Shown here: positions 1-10,025 of the stretch, piece by piece
Layout: every line of letters begins with the position of its first letter
How positions within the stretch are numbered: the first letter of the stretch is position 1
Assembly (NCBI GenBank): GCA_963749705.1
Contig: CAVVNQ010000004.1
Location: forward strand, 160,001-224,000
DNA length: 64,000 bases
Source: an uncultured Chloroflexia bacterium
Lineage (GTDB): Bacteria > Chloroflexota > Limnocylindria > Limnocylindrales > CSP1-4
Direction of reading: 5' to 3'
Notes under the pieces: model-generated
Seen by the model: only the letters and a program-made list of their open reading frames with translations
What the model was told of the DNA's origin: nothing
Databases searched by the model: none
Translations under genes and position numbers: made by a program

Positions 1-907
1 TCTCGTTGACCTCGAGGTCGCCGCGCACGATCGCGGTCACGAGGCGTCCGTCGCCGGTCACGAAGAACGCGGCTTTCGCGGTGCGTGCCTCGGGGACGTC
101 CAGGAACGCGGCCAGGCTGGCGATGGTGGTCGTCCCGGGCGTTGCCACCTCCTCGAGGGCGAGGGGCGCCTCGTCGCCGGCCGACGGGCGGGTGATCCGG
201 GCGACCTGGCGGTTCGCCGCGTACCCGCAGGCCTCGCACAGGACGAGGACGTCCTCGCCGGCCGGGTTGAGGACCATGAACTCGTGCGCCTGGCTGCCGC
301 CCATGATGCCGACGTCGCTCGAGACCGCGACCGTCTCCAGCCCCAGCCGTTCGAACGTGCGCGAGTAGGCCTCGTACTGCGCCTGGTAGCTCGCATCGAG
401 CCCGGCCGCGTCCCGATCGCAGCTGTAGGCGTCCTTCATCACGAACTCGCGCACCCGGATCAGCCCGGCGCGGGCGCGCGGCTCGTCCCGCCACTTGGTC
501 TGGAAGTGGTAGACCATCATCGGCAGCTGGCGATACGACCGCACGATCTCGGACAGCAGGATGCCGACGACCTCCTCGTGCGTCATCGCGAGCACCATGT
601 CCCGGCCGTTGCGGTCCTTGAACCGGGTCAGCTCGGGCCCGATCGCGTCGTAGCGGCCGCTCGCCCGCCAGATGTCGGCCGGGTGGACGACCGGCATCTC
701 CATCTCCTGGCCACCGATCCGGTCCTGCTCCTCGCGAATGACCTGCTCCACCCGGTCGTTGACGCGCTTGCCCAGGGGCAGCAGCGAGTAGATCCCGGAT
801 CCCAGCGGGCGAATGTAGCCGGCCCGGAGCAGCAGCCGATGCGACGGCATCTCCACGTCGGCGGGATCGTCGCGCAGGGTGGTGAAGAACAGCTGGCTCA
901 GGCGCAT
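1..907 (-). CDS. proS: Proline--tRNA ligase (5' part; runs off the window edge)
   Basis: Manual minus-strand translation from ATG 907: MRLSQLFFTTLRDDPADVEMPSHRLLLRAGYIRPLGSGIYSLLPLG..., later THEE, FRDEPRARAGLIRVREF and GEDVL, typical of bacterial ProRS. Absent from the ORF track because it is truncated. Confidence 0.95.
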   Translation of the reverse strand, partial: MRLSQLFFTTLRDDPADVEMPSHRLLLRAGYIRPLGSGIYSLLPLGKRVNDRVEQVIREEQDRIGGQEMEMPVVHPADIWRASGRYDAIGPELTRFKDRNGRDMVLAMTHEEVVGILLSEIVRSYRQLPMMVYHFQTKWRDEPRARAGLIRVREFVMKDAYSCDRDAAGLDASYQAQYEAYSRTFERLGLETVAVSSDVGIMGGSQAHEFMVLNPAGEDVLVLCEACGYAANRQVARITRPSAGDEAPLALEEVATPGTTTIASLAAFLDVPEARTAKAAFFVTGDGRLVTAIVRGDLEVNE

Positions 908-1018
908 GGCGCGAAGGATACCGGCGACCGGCGCATGGCGGGCGTGATTGCCGGCTCCCCGGGCGCGCCCGGGGACCTCGCTCGTGCCGTGGCTCAGCGT
1001 CAGCCCACGCCGCAGGGT

Positions 1019-1567
1019 TCAGCGCCCCGGCGCGCCTGCGGTACCGAGGCCGTCGGCGATCTCGTCGGCCCAGGCGTCGATCGCGGGCCAGTCCCGGAAG
1101 TCGCCCGCGGGCAGCGAGGCCTTGGCGGCCGGCAGCAGGGTCATGAAGCGTTCGGCGAGGCCGATCGGCTTGGCATCGGGATCGAGCGCGCCGAAGAACA
1201 CCTTCTCGCCCCGGGGATGGATCGCATCGCGCAGCCCGGGGAACTCCTTGGGGACGGTCGCATCGAGGACGTCGCGGCCCTGCTTGTCGACCGTGTCCGT
1301 GCCGATCGGGCCGCTGCTGAACAACCACGTGGGCCGCTGGGCGAGCAGCGCCCGATTGCGGCGGACGAACGAGGTCGAGTCCTTGAGCCAGTGGAACATG
1401 TAGGCGGCACCGCCGACGACGAACGCGTCGTACCGCGCTGCATCGCGGACTCCTCGGGCAGGGCGCGTCTCGGCCTCGAAGCCGCGGGCCTGAAGCCGCT
1501 CCGCGATCCGCTCGGCGATCCCCTGCGTCGAGCCATGGCGACTGGAGTACGTGACAAGGACCGGCAT
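1019..1567 (-). CDS. Flavodoxin-domain protein (HemG/Flavodoxin_5-like)
   Basis: VLVTYSSRHGSTQGIAERIA FMN loop, WLFSSGP, and C-terminal GDFRDWPAIDAWA. Start trimmed from ORF 1019..1747. Confidence 0.85.
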   Translation of the reverse strand: MPVLVTYSSRHGSTQGIAERIAERLQARGFEAETRPARGVRDAARYDAFVVGGAAYMFHWLKDSTSFVRRNRALLAQRPTWLFSSGPIGTDTVDKQGRDVLDATVPKEFPGLRDAIHPRGEKVFFGALDPDAKPIGLAERFMTLLPAAKASLPAGDFRDWPAIDAWADEIADGLGTAGAPGR

Positions 1568-1871
1568 GGAGCGAGCTCCTCCCATGATCGACCGGACGTT
1601 GCGGCGAGGATGTCGCATCGCGGCCTGCGGTTCCCAGAGCCGGACGGCCGCCGTGGTCAGCACCGATGGCCTGCGAGGATCGGAGTCCCGTTGCGCGGGC
1701 AGCGCCGGACCGCACGCCAAACCCGTGACGACAAGGTGACCCGTCATGGTCAGCGCAGGTACATCGGCGCGTTCACGATGACCCCGGTCAGCCGATATGC
1801 TGGAGGCCCCCGGAACCTGCCCCGGTCCGGTCGATGTGCCCGAGGATCGTCCGATCGAAGCCCTGAACCTG

Positions 1872-2855
1872 ATGCTGATCGCCGTGCTCGCGCTGGCGGT
1901 CGTGTTCGACTACATCAACGGCTTCCACGACACCGCGAACGCCATCGCGACCTCCGTGGCGACCCGCGCGCTGCGCCCCCAGTACGCCCTGCTGATGGCG
2001 ACTGCGTTCAACTTCATCGGCGCGTTTGCCGGCACCGCCGTGGCCAAGACCATCGGTGCCGGGCTGGTCGACGAGCAGACCACGACCCAGGTCGTGGTCG
2101 CCGCCGCGCTCATCGGCGCGATCGCCTGGAACCTCATCACGTGGCTGCTCGGCCTGCCGAGCTCGAGCAGCCACGCCCTCATCGGCGGCCTGCTTGGAGC
2201 GACGGCCACGGCGGTGGGCACCGGCTCGTTCAAGCTCGACGGGATCTTCAACAAGGTGGTGATCCCGCTGATCACGTCCCCGATCGCGGGCTTCGTCCTG
2301 GCGCTGGTCCTGATGGTCGCGCTCACGTGGATCTTCCGAGGGGCGGCGCGCAAGCCGCTGGGCACCGCGTTCCGGCGATTACAGGTGTTCTCCGCCGGCT
2401 ACATGGCGTTCGCGCACGGCTCCAACGACGCGCAGAAGACGATGGGCATCATCACGCTCGCCCTGTTCTCGGCCGGGGTCATCCCGACCAACGACGTGCC
2501 CGCCTGGGTGATCGTGATCGCGGCGTCGGCGATCTCGCTGGGCACGGCCATCGGTGGCTGGCGGATCATGCACACGATGGGACAGCGCGTGGTCCAGCTC
2601 GAGCCGATCCACGGGTTCGCCGCCGAGACGACCGCGGCGACCGTGCTGCTGGTCACCGCCCACCTCGGCATGCCCGTGTCGACCACGCACGTGATCTCGA
2701 GCGCGATCATGGGCGTCGGGGCCAGCCGGGGCGTGCGCGCCGTGCGCTGGGGCGTCGCGCGCCGGATCCTGGTCGCCTGGGTGCTCACGATCCCCGCCGC
2801 GGCGCTCGTCGGCGGCCTGACCTGGGTCGTCCTCAACGCAATCGGGCTCCGATGA
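1872..2855 (+). CDS. pit: Inorganic phosphate transporter (PiT family); start uncertain (1797-1872)
   Basis: NGFHDTANAIAT, GLPSSSSHALIGG, HGSNDAQKTMG and PVSTTH signature motifs. Confidence 0.93.
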   Translation: MLIAVLALAVVFDYINGFHDTANAIATSVATRALRPQYALLMATAFNFIGAFAGTAVAKTIGAGLVDEQTTTQVVVAAALIGAIAWNLITWLLGLPSSSSHALIGGLLGATATAVGTGSFKLDGIFNKVVIPLITSPIAGFVLALVLMVALTWIFRGAARKPLGTAFRRLQVFSAGYMAFAHGSNDAQKTMGIITLALFSAGVIPTNDVPAWVIVIAASAISLGTAIGGWRIMHTMGQRVVQLEPIHGFAAETTAATVLLVTAHLGMPVSTTHVISSAIMGVGASRGVRAVRWGVARRILVAWVLTIPAAALVGGLTWVVLNAIGLR

Positions 2856-2907
2856 CCACCATCCGCTCGACCCCCACCCCACCCCAGCCCGCCACCGGAG
2901 GCCCGCG

Positions 2908-3519
2908 ATGGTCCGCCTGATCCCACGCGACGAGAAGTTCTTCGAGCTGTTCATCAGGGACGGCGAGAACCTGCTCGAGGCCGCCCGCAAGCTCGAGGAG
3001 ATGGTCGGGACGTACGACCGTCTTGACGAGCGCATCGCCGAGATCCAGGCGCTCGAGAAGCGCGGCGACGAGATCGACGACGAGCTCGCCGGCCGTCTCG
3101 AACGGAGCTTCATCACCCCCTTCGATCGCGAGGACATCCACGAGCTGGGCGTCCTGCTCGACGATGTCGTCGACGGCATCCAGGCGGCCGCGGAGACGTT
3201 CACGATCTACCGCATCACGGAGCCCGACGATGCAGCCAGGCAGCTGGTCGGCATCCTCACCGCCCAGGCGGTCCAGCTGGTCGAGGCGCTGCACAAGCTC
3301 GAGCGTGGCAAGGACATCGGCCGGCACCTGGCCATCGTCCACGACCTCGAGCACCAGGCGGACGGGCTGTCGAGGTCGGCCATCGGACGGCTGTTCCACG
3401 GCCAGCTCGACCCGCTCGAGGTGATCAAGCTTCGCGACCTGTACCGGACGCTCGAGGAGACGATCGACGCGGCCGAGGACGCGGCCGAGGTGATCGAGCG
3501 GATCCTCGCCAAGAGCTGA
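2908..3519 (+). CDS. DUF47 (PhoU-like) phosphate transport regulator
   Basis: LIPRDEKFFELF, FITPFDREDI, LEHQAD; canonical partner of pit; GGAGG RBS. Confidence 0.92.
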   Translation: MVRLIPRDEKFFELFIRDGENLLEAARKLEEMVGTYDRLDERIAEIQALEKRGDEIDDELAGRLERSFITPFDREDIHELGVLLDDVVDGIQAAAETFTIYRITEPDDAARQLVGILTAQAVQLVEALHKLERGKDIGRHLAIVHDLEHQADGLSRSAIGRLFHGQLDPLEVIKLRDLYRTLEETIDAAEDAAEVIERILAKS

Positions 3520-3587
3520 GCTCGCGGCCACGGCCGGACACGCGAGGCCGGCGGGTCGGTCGTCGAACGCGAGGTGCCGCCGGCGGG

Positions 3588-5702
3588 TCAGTCGTCCGAG
3601 GTCGCGTCGCCCTCGTCCACGATCTCGTCCTCGTCCTCGGACCGGGGACCCATCGATGCCGACTTGGCGCGCTCCATCCGGACATCCCGGGACGCCGACG
3701 AGCGCATGCCCGCGTGCGGGTGCCGGCCCTCGGCGTCGATCACGTGCATCACCGCGTTGATCAACGCCAGGTGGGTGAACGCCTGCGGGAAGTTGCCCAG
3801 CTGGCGGCCGGTCTCCGCGTCGATCTCCTCGCCGTACAGGTCGAGCGAGCTCGCCAACGACAGCAGCCGCTCGCACAGGCGCCGGCCGCGGGCGATCTCG
3901 CCGATCTGCACCAGCGCGGACACCAGCCAGAACGAGCAGATCGTGAAGCTGCCCTCCTCGCCCGACAGCCCGTCGTCGGTGTGCTCGGTGCGGTAGCGCA
4001 GCACCAGCCCGTCCTCGGTCAGCTCGTCCGCGATGGCGAGCACCGTGCGGCGGATCCGCTCGTCGTCGGCGGGCAGGAAGCGGACCAGGGGCAGCAGCAG
4101 CAGCGACGCGTCGAGGGCGGTCGTGTCGTAGTGCTGGGTGAACACGCCGCGCGCGTCGACCGCATTGGCCAGGACGTCCGCCCGGATCTCGTCGGCCGCC
4201 GCCTGCCAGCGCGTCGCGATCTCCGCCTCGCCGCGCAGGTGTGCGAGCCGGACCCCGCGATCCGCCGCGACCCAGCACATCACCTTGGACGACGTGAAGT
4301 GCCTGGGCTCGCCGCGCACCTCCCAGATCCCGCGATCCGGCTCGCGCCAATGCCCGATCGCCGCCTCGACGAGCCCGCTGAGGATGGGCCACATGCGATC
4401 GTCGAGCCGGTCACGTGACGTGGTGTGGAGGTAGAACGAGTCGAGGATCGCGCCCCACACGTCATGCTGCTGCTGGCTGTACGCCGCATTGCCGATCCGG
4501 ACCGGCCGTGAGCCCTCGTAGCCGGACAGGTGGTCGAGGGTCTCCTCGCTGAGCGTCCGCTCGCCGCCGACGCCGTACATGACCTGGATGCTGCCGTCCT
4601 CCCCGGCCATGTCGGCAAGGAAGTAGAAGAAGTCGTTCGCCTCCCAGTCGAAGCCGAGCGTGTACAGGCCCCACAGCGCGAACGTCGAGTCGCGGACCCA
4701 GCTGTAGCGATAGTCCCAGTTGCGCTCGCCGCCGGGTGTCTCGGGCAGCGACGTGGTCGCGGCGGCCGCGATCGCGCCGGTCGGCGCGTAGGCAAGGCCC
4801 TTGAGCGTCAGCGCCGAGCGCTGGAGGTGCGACCGCCAGGGATGGTCCGGGAACCGGCCCCGGGCCAGCCAGTGCTGCCAGTGATGCGCGGTCCAGGTCA
4901 GCCGCCCGATGCCCTCCTCGACCGTCTGCGGCGGCCGGCCGGCACCCCAGGACAGCGCCGCGAAGCGCGTCTCGCCCTCCTTGATCAGCGTCCGCGCGAT
5001 CGCGCGCGGACCCTCGAAGCCCATCCGCATGTCGCTCGTGAGCGTGACCGACATGTCGTCCGGGCCGCGACAGATGCCCTGGCTGTAGTCGGCGCCGGTG
5101 TAGCTCCATACCCCCAGCGCTCGCCCATAGTCGAACACCGGCTCGCAGTCGAGGGTCAGCTGCACCTCGCCGTTGACGCACCGGACGGTCCGCAGCAGCA
5201 CGTGCTCTGCGTCGTAGTCGGTCGGCGCCCGGCGCTGGGTATGCGACCGCTCCTCGGTGTTGTGCCACGGCCCCATGAGCAGCACGTCGCGGATGATCAC
5301 CCAGCCGCCACCCGGCGTCCCCCAGCTGGTCTCGAGCACCATCGTGCCCGGCAGGTAGCGCCGCGCGACGGGGACCATGACATCCGCGGGGCCCAGGCGG
5401 AAGCCGCCGGCGTCCCGGTCCAGGATCGCGCCGAACACGCTCGGGGAGTCGAACCTCGGCAGGCACATCCACTCGACCGTGCCGCTGGGCGCCACCAGGG
5501 CCGTGACCTCGCCGTCGGACAGGAAGGCGTAGTCACCGATCGGCGGGAACGCGGATCCGGCGAACGCGTCGTGCTCCGCGGGCGGGTCCTCGGCGGGCGT
5601 CGGGCCGGCGGACGTTGAGCCGGCGGGCGCGTCGAACTTCTCGAGCGCGTCCGCTGCGGGCGCGTCGAGCGGCTGTTCCGGCGCCTTGCGATCAACCTGC
5701 AA
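3588..5702 (-). CDS. Glycoside hydrolase family 15 (trehalase/glucoamylase-like)
   Basis: PIGDYAFLSD, AATTSLPE..GGERNWDYRYSWVRD, GIWEVRG, GNFPQAFTH. Confidence 0.93.
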   Translation of the reverse strand: MQVDRKAPEQPLDAPAADALEKFDAPAGSTSAGPTPAEDPPAEHDAFAGSAFPPIGDYAFLSDGEVTALVAPSGTVEWMCLPRFDSPSVFGAILDRDAGGFRLGPADVMVPVARRYLPGTMVLETSWGTPGGGWVIIRDVLLMGPWHNTEERSHTQRRAPTDYDAEHVLLRTVRCVNGEVQLTLDCEPVFDYGRALGVWSYTGADYSQGICRGPDDMSVTLTSDMRMGFEGPRAIARTLIKEGETRFAALSWGAGRPPQTVEEGIGRLTWTAHHWQHWLARGRFPDHPWRSHLQRSALTLKGLAYAPTGAIAAAATTSLPETPGGERNWDYRYSWVRDSTFALWGLYTLGFDWEANDFFYFLADMAGEDGSIQVMYGVGGERTLSEETLDHLSGYEGSRPVRIGNAAYSQQQHDVWGAILDSFYLHTTSRDRLDDRMWPILSGLVEAAIGHWREPDRGIWEVRGEPRHFTSSKVMCWVAADRGVRLAHLRGEAEIATRWQAAADEIRADVLANAVDARGVFTQHYDTTALDASLLLLPLVRFLPADDERIRRTVLAIADELTEDGLVLRYRTEHTDDGLSGEEGSFTICSFWLVSALVQIGEIARGRRLCERLLSLASSLDLYGEEIDAETGRQLGNFPQAFTHLALINAVMHVIDAEGRHPHAGMRSSASRDVRMERAKSASMGPRSEDEDEIVDEGDATSDD

Positions 5703-5765
5703 ATCCGGCCTCCACGAACCTGCAGTTTCCCACGTCGGGCAATTGCCGGCTCTGGGTCGGGTGCC

Positions 5766-6428
5766 CTACTGCCTGCGGGCGATCGTCATGCCGTCCGCGA
5801 TGGCGAGCATCACGTGCCGCACCCGGGTGTCCGAGGCGACGAGCTCGTTGACCTCGCGGATCGCTCGCGTGGAGGCATCATCGACCGAAGGATCGGCGAC
5901 CGCGCCGCCCCACAGGACGTTGTCGATCGCGATCACGCCGCCCGGCCGGACGAGGGCGACACAGCGCTCCCAGTAGGCGGGATAGCCAGGCTTGTCGGCA
6001 TCGATGAAGGCGAGGTCGAAGGTGGCTGCCGCGCCATCCGCGAGCAGCCGGTCCAGGGTGTCGACCGCCGGTCCCAGCCGGAGGTCCACCTTGTGCGCGA
6101 CGCCGGCGTCAGCCCAGTAGCGGCGGGCGATCGAGGTGTAGTCGTCCGAGACGTCGCAGCACACGATCGCGCCGTCGTCCGGCATGGCCAGCGCCACCGC
6201 GAGCGACGAGTACCCGGTGAACGTCCCGATCTCGAGGCACCGGCGCGCGTCGATCAGCTCGACCAGGAGCCCCAGGAGCGCCCCCTGGTCGGGCGAGATC
6301 TGCATCCCGGCGCGGGGGTGCGACGCCGTCTCCGCGCGCAGGCGGCCGAGGATCTCGGGTTCGCGGACGCCCCAGCGCCGGACATAGGCATCGACCTCGT
6401 CCGGCAGGCCGATCGATCTGGTTCCCAT
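5766..6428 (-). CDS. Class I SAM-dependent O-methyltransferase (caffeoyl-CoA OMT-like)
   Basis: MQISPDQG, LEIGTFTGYS, FDLAFIDADK, IAIDNVLW. Confidence 0.92.
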   Translation of the reverse strand: MGTRSIGLPDEVDAYVRRWGVREPEILGRLRAETASHPRAGMQISPDQGALLGLLVELIDARRCLEIGTFTGYSSLAVALAMPDDGAIVCCDVSDDYTSIARRYWADAGVAHKVDLRLGPAVDTLDRLLADGAAATFDLAFIDADKPGYPAYWERCVALVRPGGVIAIDNVLWGGAVADPSVDDASTRAIREVNELVASDTRVRHVMLAIADGMTIARRQ

Positions 6429-6451
6429 GGCCACCGATGATCGCAGCCGCG

Positions 6452-7150
6452 TCAATCGCGCCGGAACGCGTAACCCACGCCGCGCACCGTGTGCAGCAGC
6501 CGCGGCGCCGCCGGGTCGAGCTCGATCTCGCTCCGCAGCCAGTGGATATGCACGTCCACGGTGCGCGTCTCGCCCGCGTAGTCGTATCCCCAGACATGTT
6601 CCAGCAGCTGGTCCCGAGTGAACACCTGGCCCGGGTTGCGGACCAGAAACGCGAGCAGCTCGAACGCCTTGGGCTTGACCGCGACGCGCTCGCCGTCGCG
6701 GATGAGGCGGTGGCCGGCGAGGTCGAGCTGGACGCGCCCCAGATCGACCAGCGGCGGCACATCGGTTGCGGCCGCCGCGGCTGCCTGGTCCGCCCGGCGG
6801 AAGATCGCCCGGATCCGCGCGGTGAGCTCGCGAAGGCTGAACGGCTTGGTCACGTAGTCGTCCGCACCCAGCTCGAGGCCGACCACCTTGTCGACCTCGG
6901 CGTCCTTGGCGGTGAGCATGATGATCGGCACCGACAATTCCGCGCGGAGGATGCGACAGACCTCGACCCCGGACAGCAGGGGCAGCATCAGGTCGAGCAG
7001 GACGAGGTCGGGGCGGTCCGCGCGAAATCGCTCGAGCGCCTCGCGCCCGTCGGCGGCGGGGATGGCCCGGTAGCCCTCCGTCTCGAGGGCCTCGACCAGG
7101 GTCTCGCGCAGGGTGGTCTCGTCATCGACGACGAGGATGGTGCGGGTCAT
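6452..7150 (-). CDS. OmpR/PhoB-family response regulator (RegX3/PhoP-like; no adjacent kinase)
   Basis: ILVVDDE, LLDLMLP, LTAK, GADDYVTKPF, RTVDVHIHWLR, TVRGVGY. Confidence 0.93.
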   Translation of the reverse strand: MTRTILVVDDETTLRETLVEALETEGYRAIPAADGREALERFRADRPDLVLLDLMLPLLSGVEVCRILRAELSVPIIMLTAKDAEVDKVVGLELGADDYVTKPFSLRELTARIRAIFRRADQAAAAAATDVPPLVDLGRVQLDLAGHRLIRDGERVAVKPKAFELLAFLVRNPGQVFTRDQLLEHVWGYDYAGETRTVDVHIHWLRSEIELDPAAPRLLHTVRGVGYAFRRD

Positions 7151-7383
7151 GTCCGCAGGAGCGTGCCCTGCGCCTGTTAACGAACGGTTCGAGGTCGTCA
7201 AGGAGCGATACCGCGACTCGAGTGCGAGCGCCCGAAGCACGGGCGCGCCGGATGATCATCGTTGCACGAATCGATCCCCGGCCACCCGTGCCTGCGGCGC
7301 CGGTCAGCGGGCCGAGTATGGGCTCGTTCGACGTTACCGAATGTCACGTGTCGGGTCGGCGTGCGACGCTGCTCCACTCGGCC

Positions 7384-8250
7384 TCAGTTGAGGCCGGAGA
7401 TGGCGCCGAGCGCCGGGTACGGTGGGCCAGCCCGCAACGCGGCGAGGAGCTCCACGGCAGCCTGTCTCCCGCTCGGAAGCTGGTCTTCAGGGTCCAGCCG
7501 CCAGGCCGCGACCATCGCAAGGACGAGGACGCGGCACTCGGAGAGCAGCGCCTGATCGATGCCCGGGTAGCACCCGCTGACCTCTTTCGGGACATGGGCG
7601 AGGTCGAATTCGACCGGACCGCGACAGCAAGTCTCGAGGTCGATGAACCGCGGGCCGATCCGGGTGTTGAGGACGTTCCCGGGGTGGGGCTCGCCGTGCA
7701 GCAGCTGCTCCGCGGCGCGTCGCCCCGCGATCGCGCGCATCGCGCGGCTGAACGTGTTCCCGAGAAGGTCCCGGTCCACGTCGGCGACCGCCGGAGTCCG
7801 GTCGCGGCTCTCGACCAGTCGCTTGGCGTCCCTCACCCGATCCATGAAATGCGGCGCCGCGACATCGACGTGCCGCATCGCATCGTGAAGCCGCGCGAGC
7901 GCGCCGGCGTACTCGGTCGGTAGGAGCTGGCGAGCCGGCAGGGGCTCGTAATAGGTCCACAGCGTGATCGAATAGCCGTCGCGCTCGTAGACCCGCGGCG
8001 CCACGCGAGGTTCGAGGAGCGCCACGGGACTGTCCGTTGCGGCCAGCCGTGCTGCAAGTTCGACCTCGAGTGCTGCTGCCTCGTGCGCTGCGAGCGCCAC
8101 GCGCGCCAGAACGTCGGACGGCAGCAGGCGCAGCGCAAACCTGTTCGAGACGTGAACGACGACCGCCTCGTCCACGCTCAAGCCGAGGGCCGAGGCGGTC
8201 GACATGGCCGCAGCCACCGCCCGCGGTACGTCCGACGCCTGCATTGCCAT
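7384..8250 (-). CDS. Aminoglycoside phosphotransferase (APH)-family kinase
   Basis: LLHGEPHPGNVL and FIDLE catalytic motifs, then GPVEFDLA. Confidence 0.85.
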   Translation of the reverse strand: MAMQASDVPRAVAAAMSTASALGLSVDEAVVVHVSNRFALRLLPSDVLARVALAAHEAAALEVELAARLAATDSPVALLEPRVAPRVYERDGYSITLWTYYEPLPARQLLPTEYAGALARLHDAMRHVDVAAPHFMDRVRDAKRLVESRDRTPAVADVDRDLLGNTFSRAMRAIAGRRAAEQLLHGEPHPGNVLNTRIGPRFIDLETCCRGPVEFDLAHVPKEVSGCYPGIDQALLSECRVLVLAMVAAWRLDPEDQLPSGRQAAVELLAALRAGPPYPALGAISGLN

Positions 8251-8292
8251 GGTGGTCGCTCGACGTTGCTGAAGGTCACTCGAGGTCGCGCC

Positions 8293-9804
8293 TCAGGTTG
8301 CGGGCCTGGCCGAAGGCCGCTCGAGCCCGGCAATCGCGGCGTCGAGCCGGGCAAGGGTCCGGTCCCGGCCGAGCGCGACGAGGGTGTCGAACAGCGGTGG
8401 TGTCGCCGTCCGACCCGTGGTCGCCACGCGGATCGCCATGAACAGGTCGCCGGCCTTCCAGCCTCGAGCCTCACCCAGCGCGCGGAGCGGCGGCTCGAGC
8501 TCGTCGGCCTCCCAGGTCACCGCGTCGTGGGCGGCGAGCACCTCGCGCGCGGCGACCAGGCCGCTGATCGTGGTCTCGGCGTCCCAGCGCTTGGGCCGGA
8601 TCGTCGCGGGATCCACCTCAAGGTCGTCGACCCACAGGAATCCCACCAGGTCGACGATCGCCGCGAGCGTTGGCAGCCGCTCGCGCACGATCGGCAGCAG
8701 GGCCCGAAGCTCGCCCTCGTCGGGCGTCCGGTCGATCTCGCCGGCAACCGCCGCGGCCTCGATGAACGGCCGCAGCCGCTCGACCAGGTCGTCGTCGTCC
8801 AGCCGCCGGATCCACTGGCCGTTGAGCCATTCCAGCCGGTCGCGATCGAACCGGGCGCCACCCTTCTGGACCTTGTCCAGCTCGAACCGCTGCTCGAGCT
8901 CCGCCAGCGTGAACACCTCCTCCTCGGTCCCCGGCGACCAGCCGAGGAACGCGAAGTAGTTGACGAGCGCCTCGCGGACGAAGCCCTGCGCGATGTAGTC
9001 GGCAACCGCGGTCTGGCTCTTGCGCTTGCTCATCTTGGTCCCGTCGGGGTTGAGGATGAGCGGCAGGTGGGCGAACGCCGGCACCGGGTATCCAAGCGCC
9101 TCGAACAGCAGGATGTGCTTGGGGGTGTTGCTGATGTGGTCCTCGCCACGGATCACGTGGCTGATCTCCATCGCGGCGTCGTCCACGACGACCGTGAAGT
9201 GGTACAGCGGCGTCCCGTCGGCGCGCTGGATCACGAAGTCGCCGCCCAGGTTGTCGGTGTCGATCTCGACCCGGTCCCGCACGAGGTCGTTCCAGCCCAC
9301 GACACCGGCCCGGACCCGGAACCGCGTCGCGGCGGCGCGGCCCTGGGCAACCCGTTCCGCGCGCTCGGTCTCGGTCAGCCGCGCGCACCGCCCGTTGTAG
9401 CGCGGCGGCTCCTTCGCGAGCTCCTGCGCCCGGCGATCGGCGGCCAGCTCCTCGGCCGTGCAGAAGCAGGGGTACGCCTGGTCCGCGGCCAGGAGTCGAG
9501 CCGCGGCCGCCGCGTAGGTGTCGAGCCGCTGCATCTGTCGGTACGGCGCGTACGGGCCGGCCTCCTCCAGGCCGGCCACGCCGGGTCCCTCATCCCAGCT
9601 GATCCCCAGCCAGTGGAGGCCGTCGAGGATGTCCTTCTCATACGCTTCCGTGCTCCGTGCCACGTCCGTGTCCTCAAGCCGGAGCACGAACGTGCCGCCC
9701 ACCCGCCGCGCGTACAGGTAGTTGAACAGCGCCGTGCGCGCCGTCCCGATGTGGAGGGGGCCTGTCGGGCTGGGTGCGATGCGGACGCGGATATCGGCGG
9801 CCAT
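8293..9804 (-). CDS. gltX: Glutamate--tRNA ligase
   Basis: RVRIAPSPTG-HIGT (HIGH motif), LRLEDTD, IRGEDH, KMSKR. Confidence 0.97.
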   Translation of the reverse strand: MAADIRVRIAPSPTGPLHIGTARTALFNYLYARRVGGTFVLRLEDTDVARSTEAYEKDILDGLHWLGISWDEGPGVAGLEEAGPYAPYRQMQRLDTYAAAAARLLAADQAYPCFCTAEELAADRRAQELAKEPPRYNGRCARLTETERAERVAQGRAAATRFRVRAGVVGWNDLVRDRVEIDTDNLGGDFVIQRADGTPLYHFTVVVDDAAMEISHVIRGEDHISNTPKHILLFEALGYPVPAFAHLPLILNPDGTKMSKRKSQTAVADYIAQGFVREALVNYFAFLGWSPGTEEEVFTLAELEQRFELDKVQKGGARFDRDRLEWLNGQWIRRLDDDDLVERLRPFIEAAAVAGEIDRTPDEGELRALLPIVRERLPTLAAIVDLVGFLWVDDLEVDPATIRPKRWDAETTISGLVAAREVLAAHDAVTWEADELEPPLRALGEARGWKAGDLFMAIRVATTGRTATPPLFDTLVALGRDRTLARLDAAIAGLERPSARPAT

Positions 9805-9867
9805 GGACCGATTGTAGGGGCGCGGGCGTCAGGACCCGGGCCCGCAACCAACTCGGTGTCTGTGGCG

Positions 9868-10025
9868 TGTGGCGCCACGAATCCTGGCCTGGCGGCCCCA
9901 CCTCGGTGCCCCGCGGTCTCCTCGTCGCCTGTGGCGCCACGAATCCTGGCCTGACGGCACAACCTCGGTGCCCGGGGTCTCCTCGTGGCCTGTGGCGCCA
10001 CGGTTCTTGGCCTGGCGCCCGCCTG
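9868..10025. repeat. Imperfect tandem repeat, 61-62 bp unit, about 2.5 copies, each starting with palindrome GTGGCGCCAC
   Basis: TGTGGCGCCACG(A/G)(A/T)TC(C/T)TGGCCTG starts at 9868, 9930 and 9991; intervening sequences are similar to each other. Confidence 0.85.

Noticed and set aside
284-2920. Long ORFs such as 284..2920, 8083..9954, 17962..20982, 26117..28591, 33248..35830, 47995..50253 and 53737..56757
   Set aside because: Antisense or off-frame shadows of well-supported genes, expected in high-GC DNA; Arg/Gly/Pro-rich with no motifs.
9868-10025. CRISPR array (24-bp head plus ~37-bp intervals)
   Set aside because: The intervals are similar to each other, there are only 3 units, and no cas genes are present; it is a tandem repeat.
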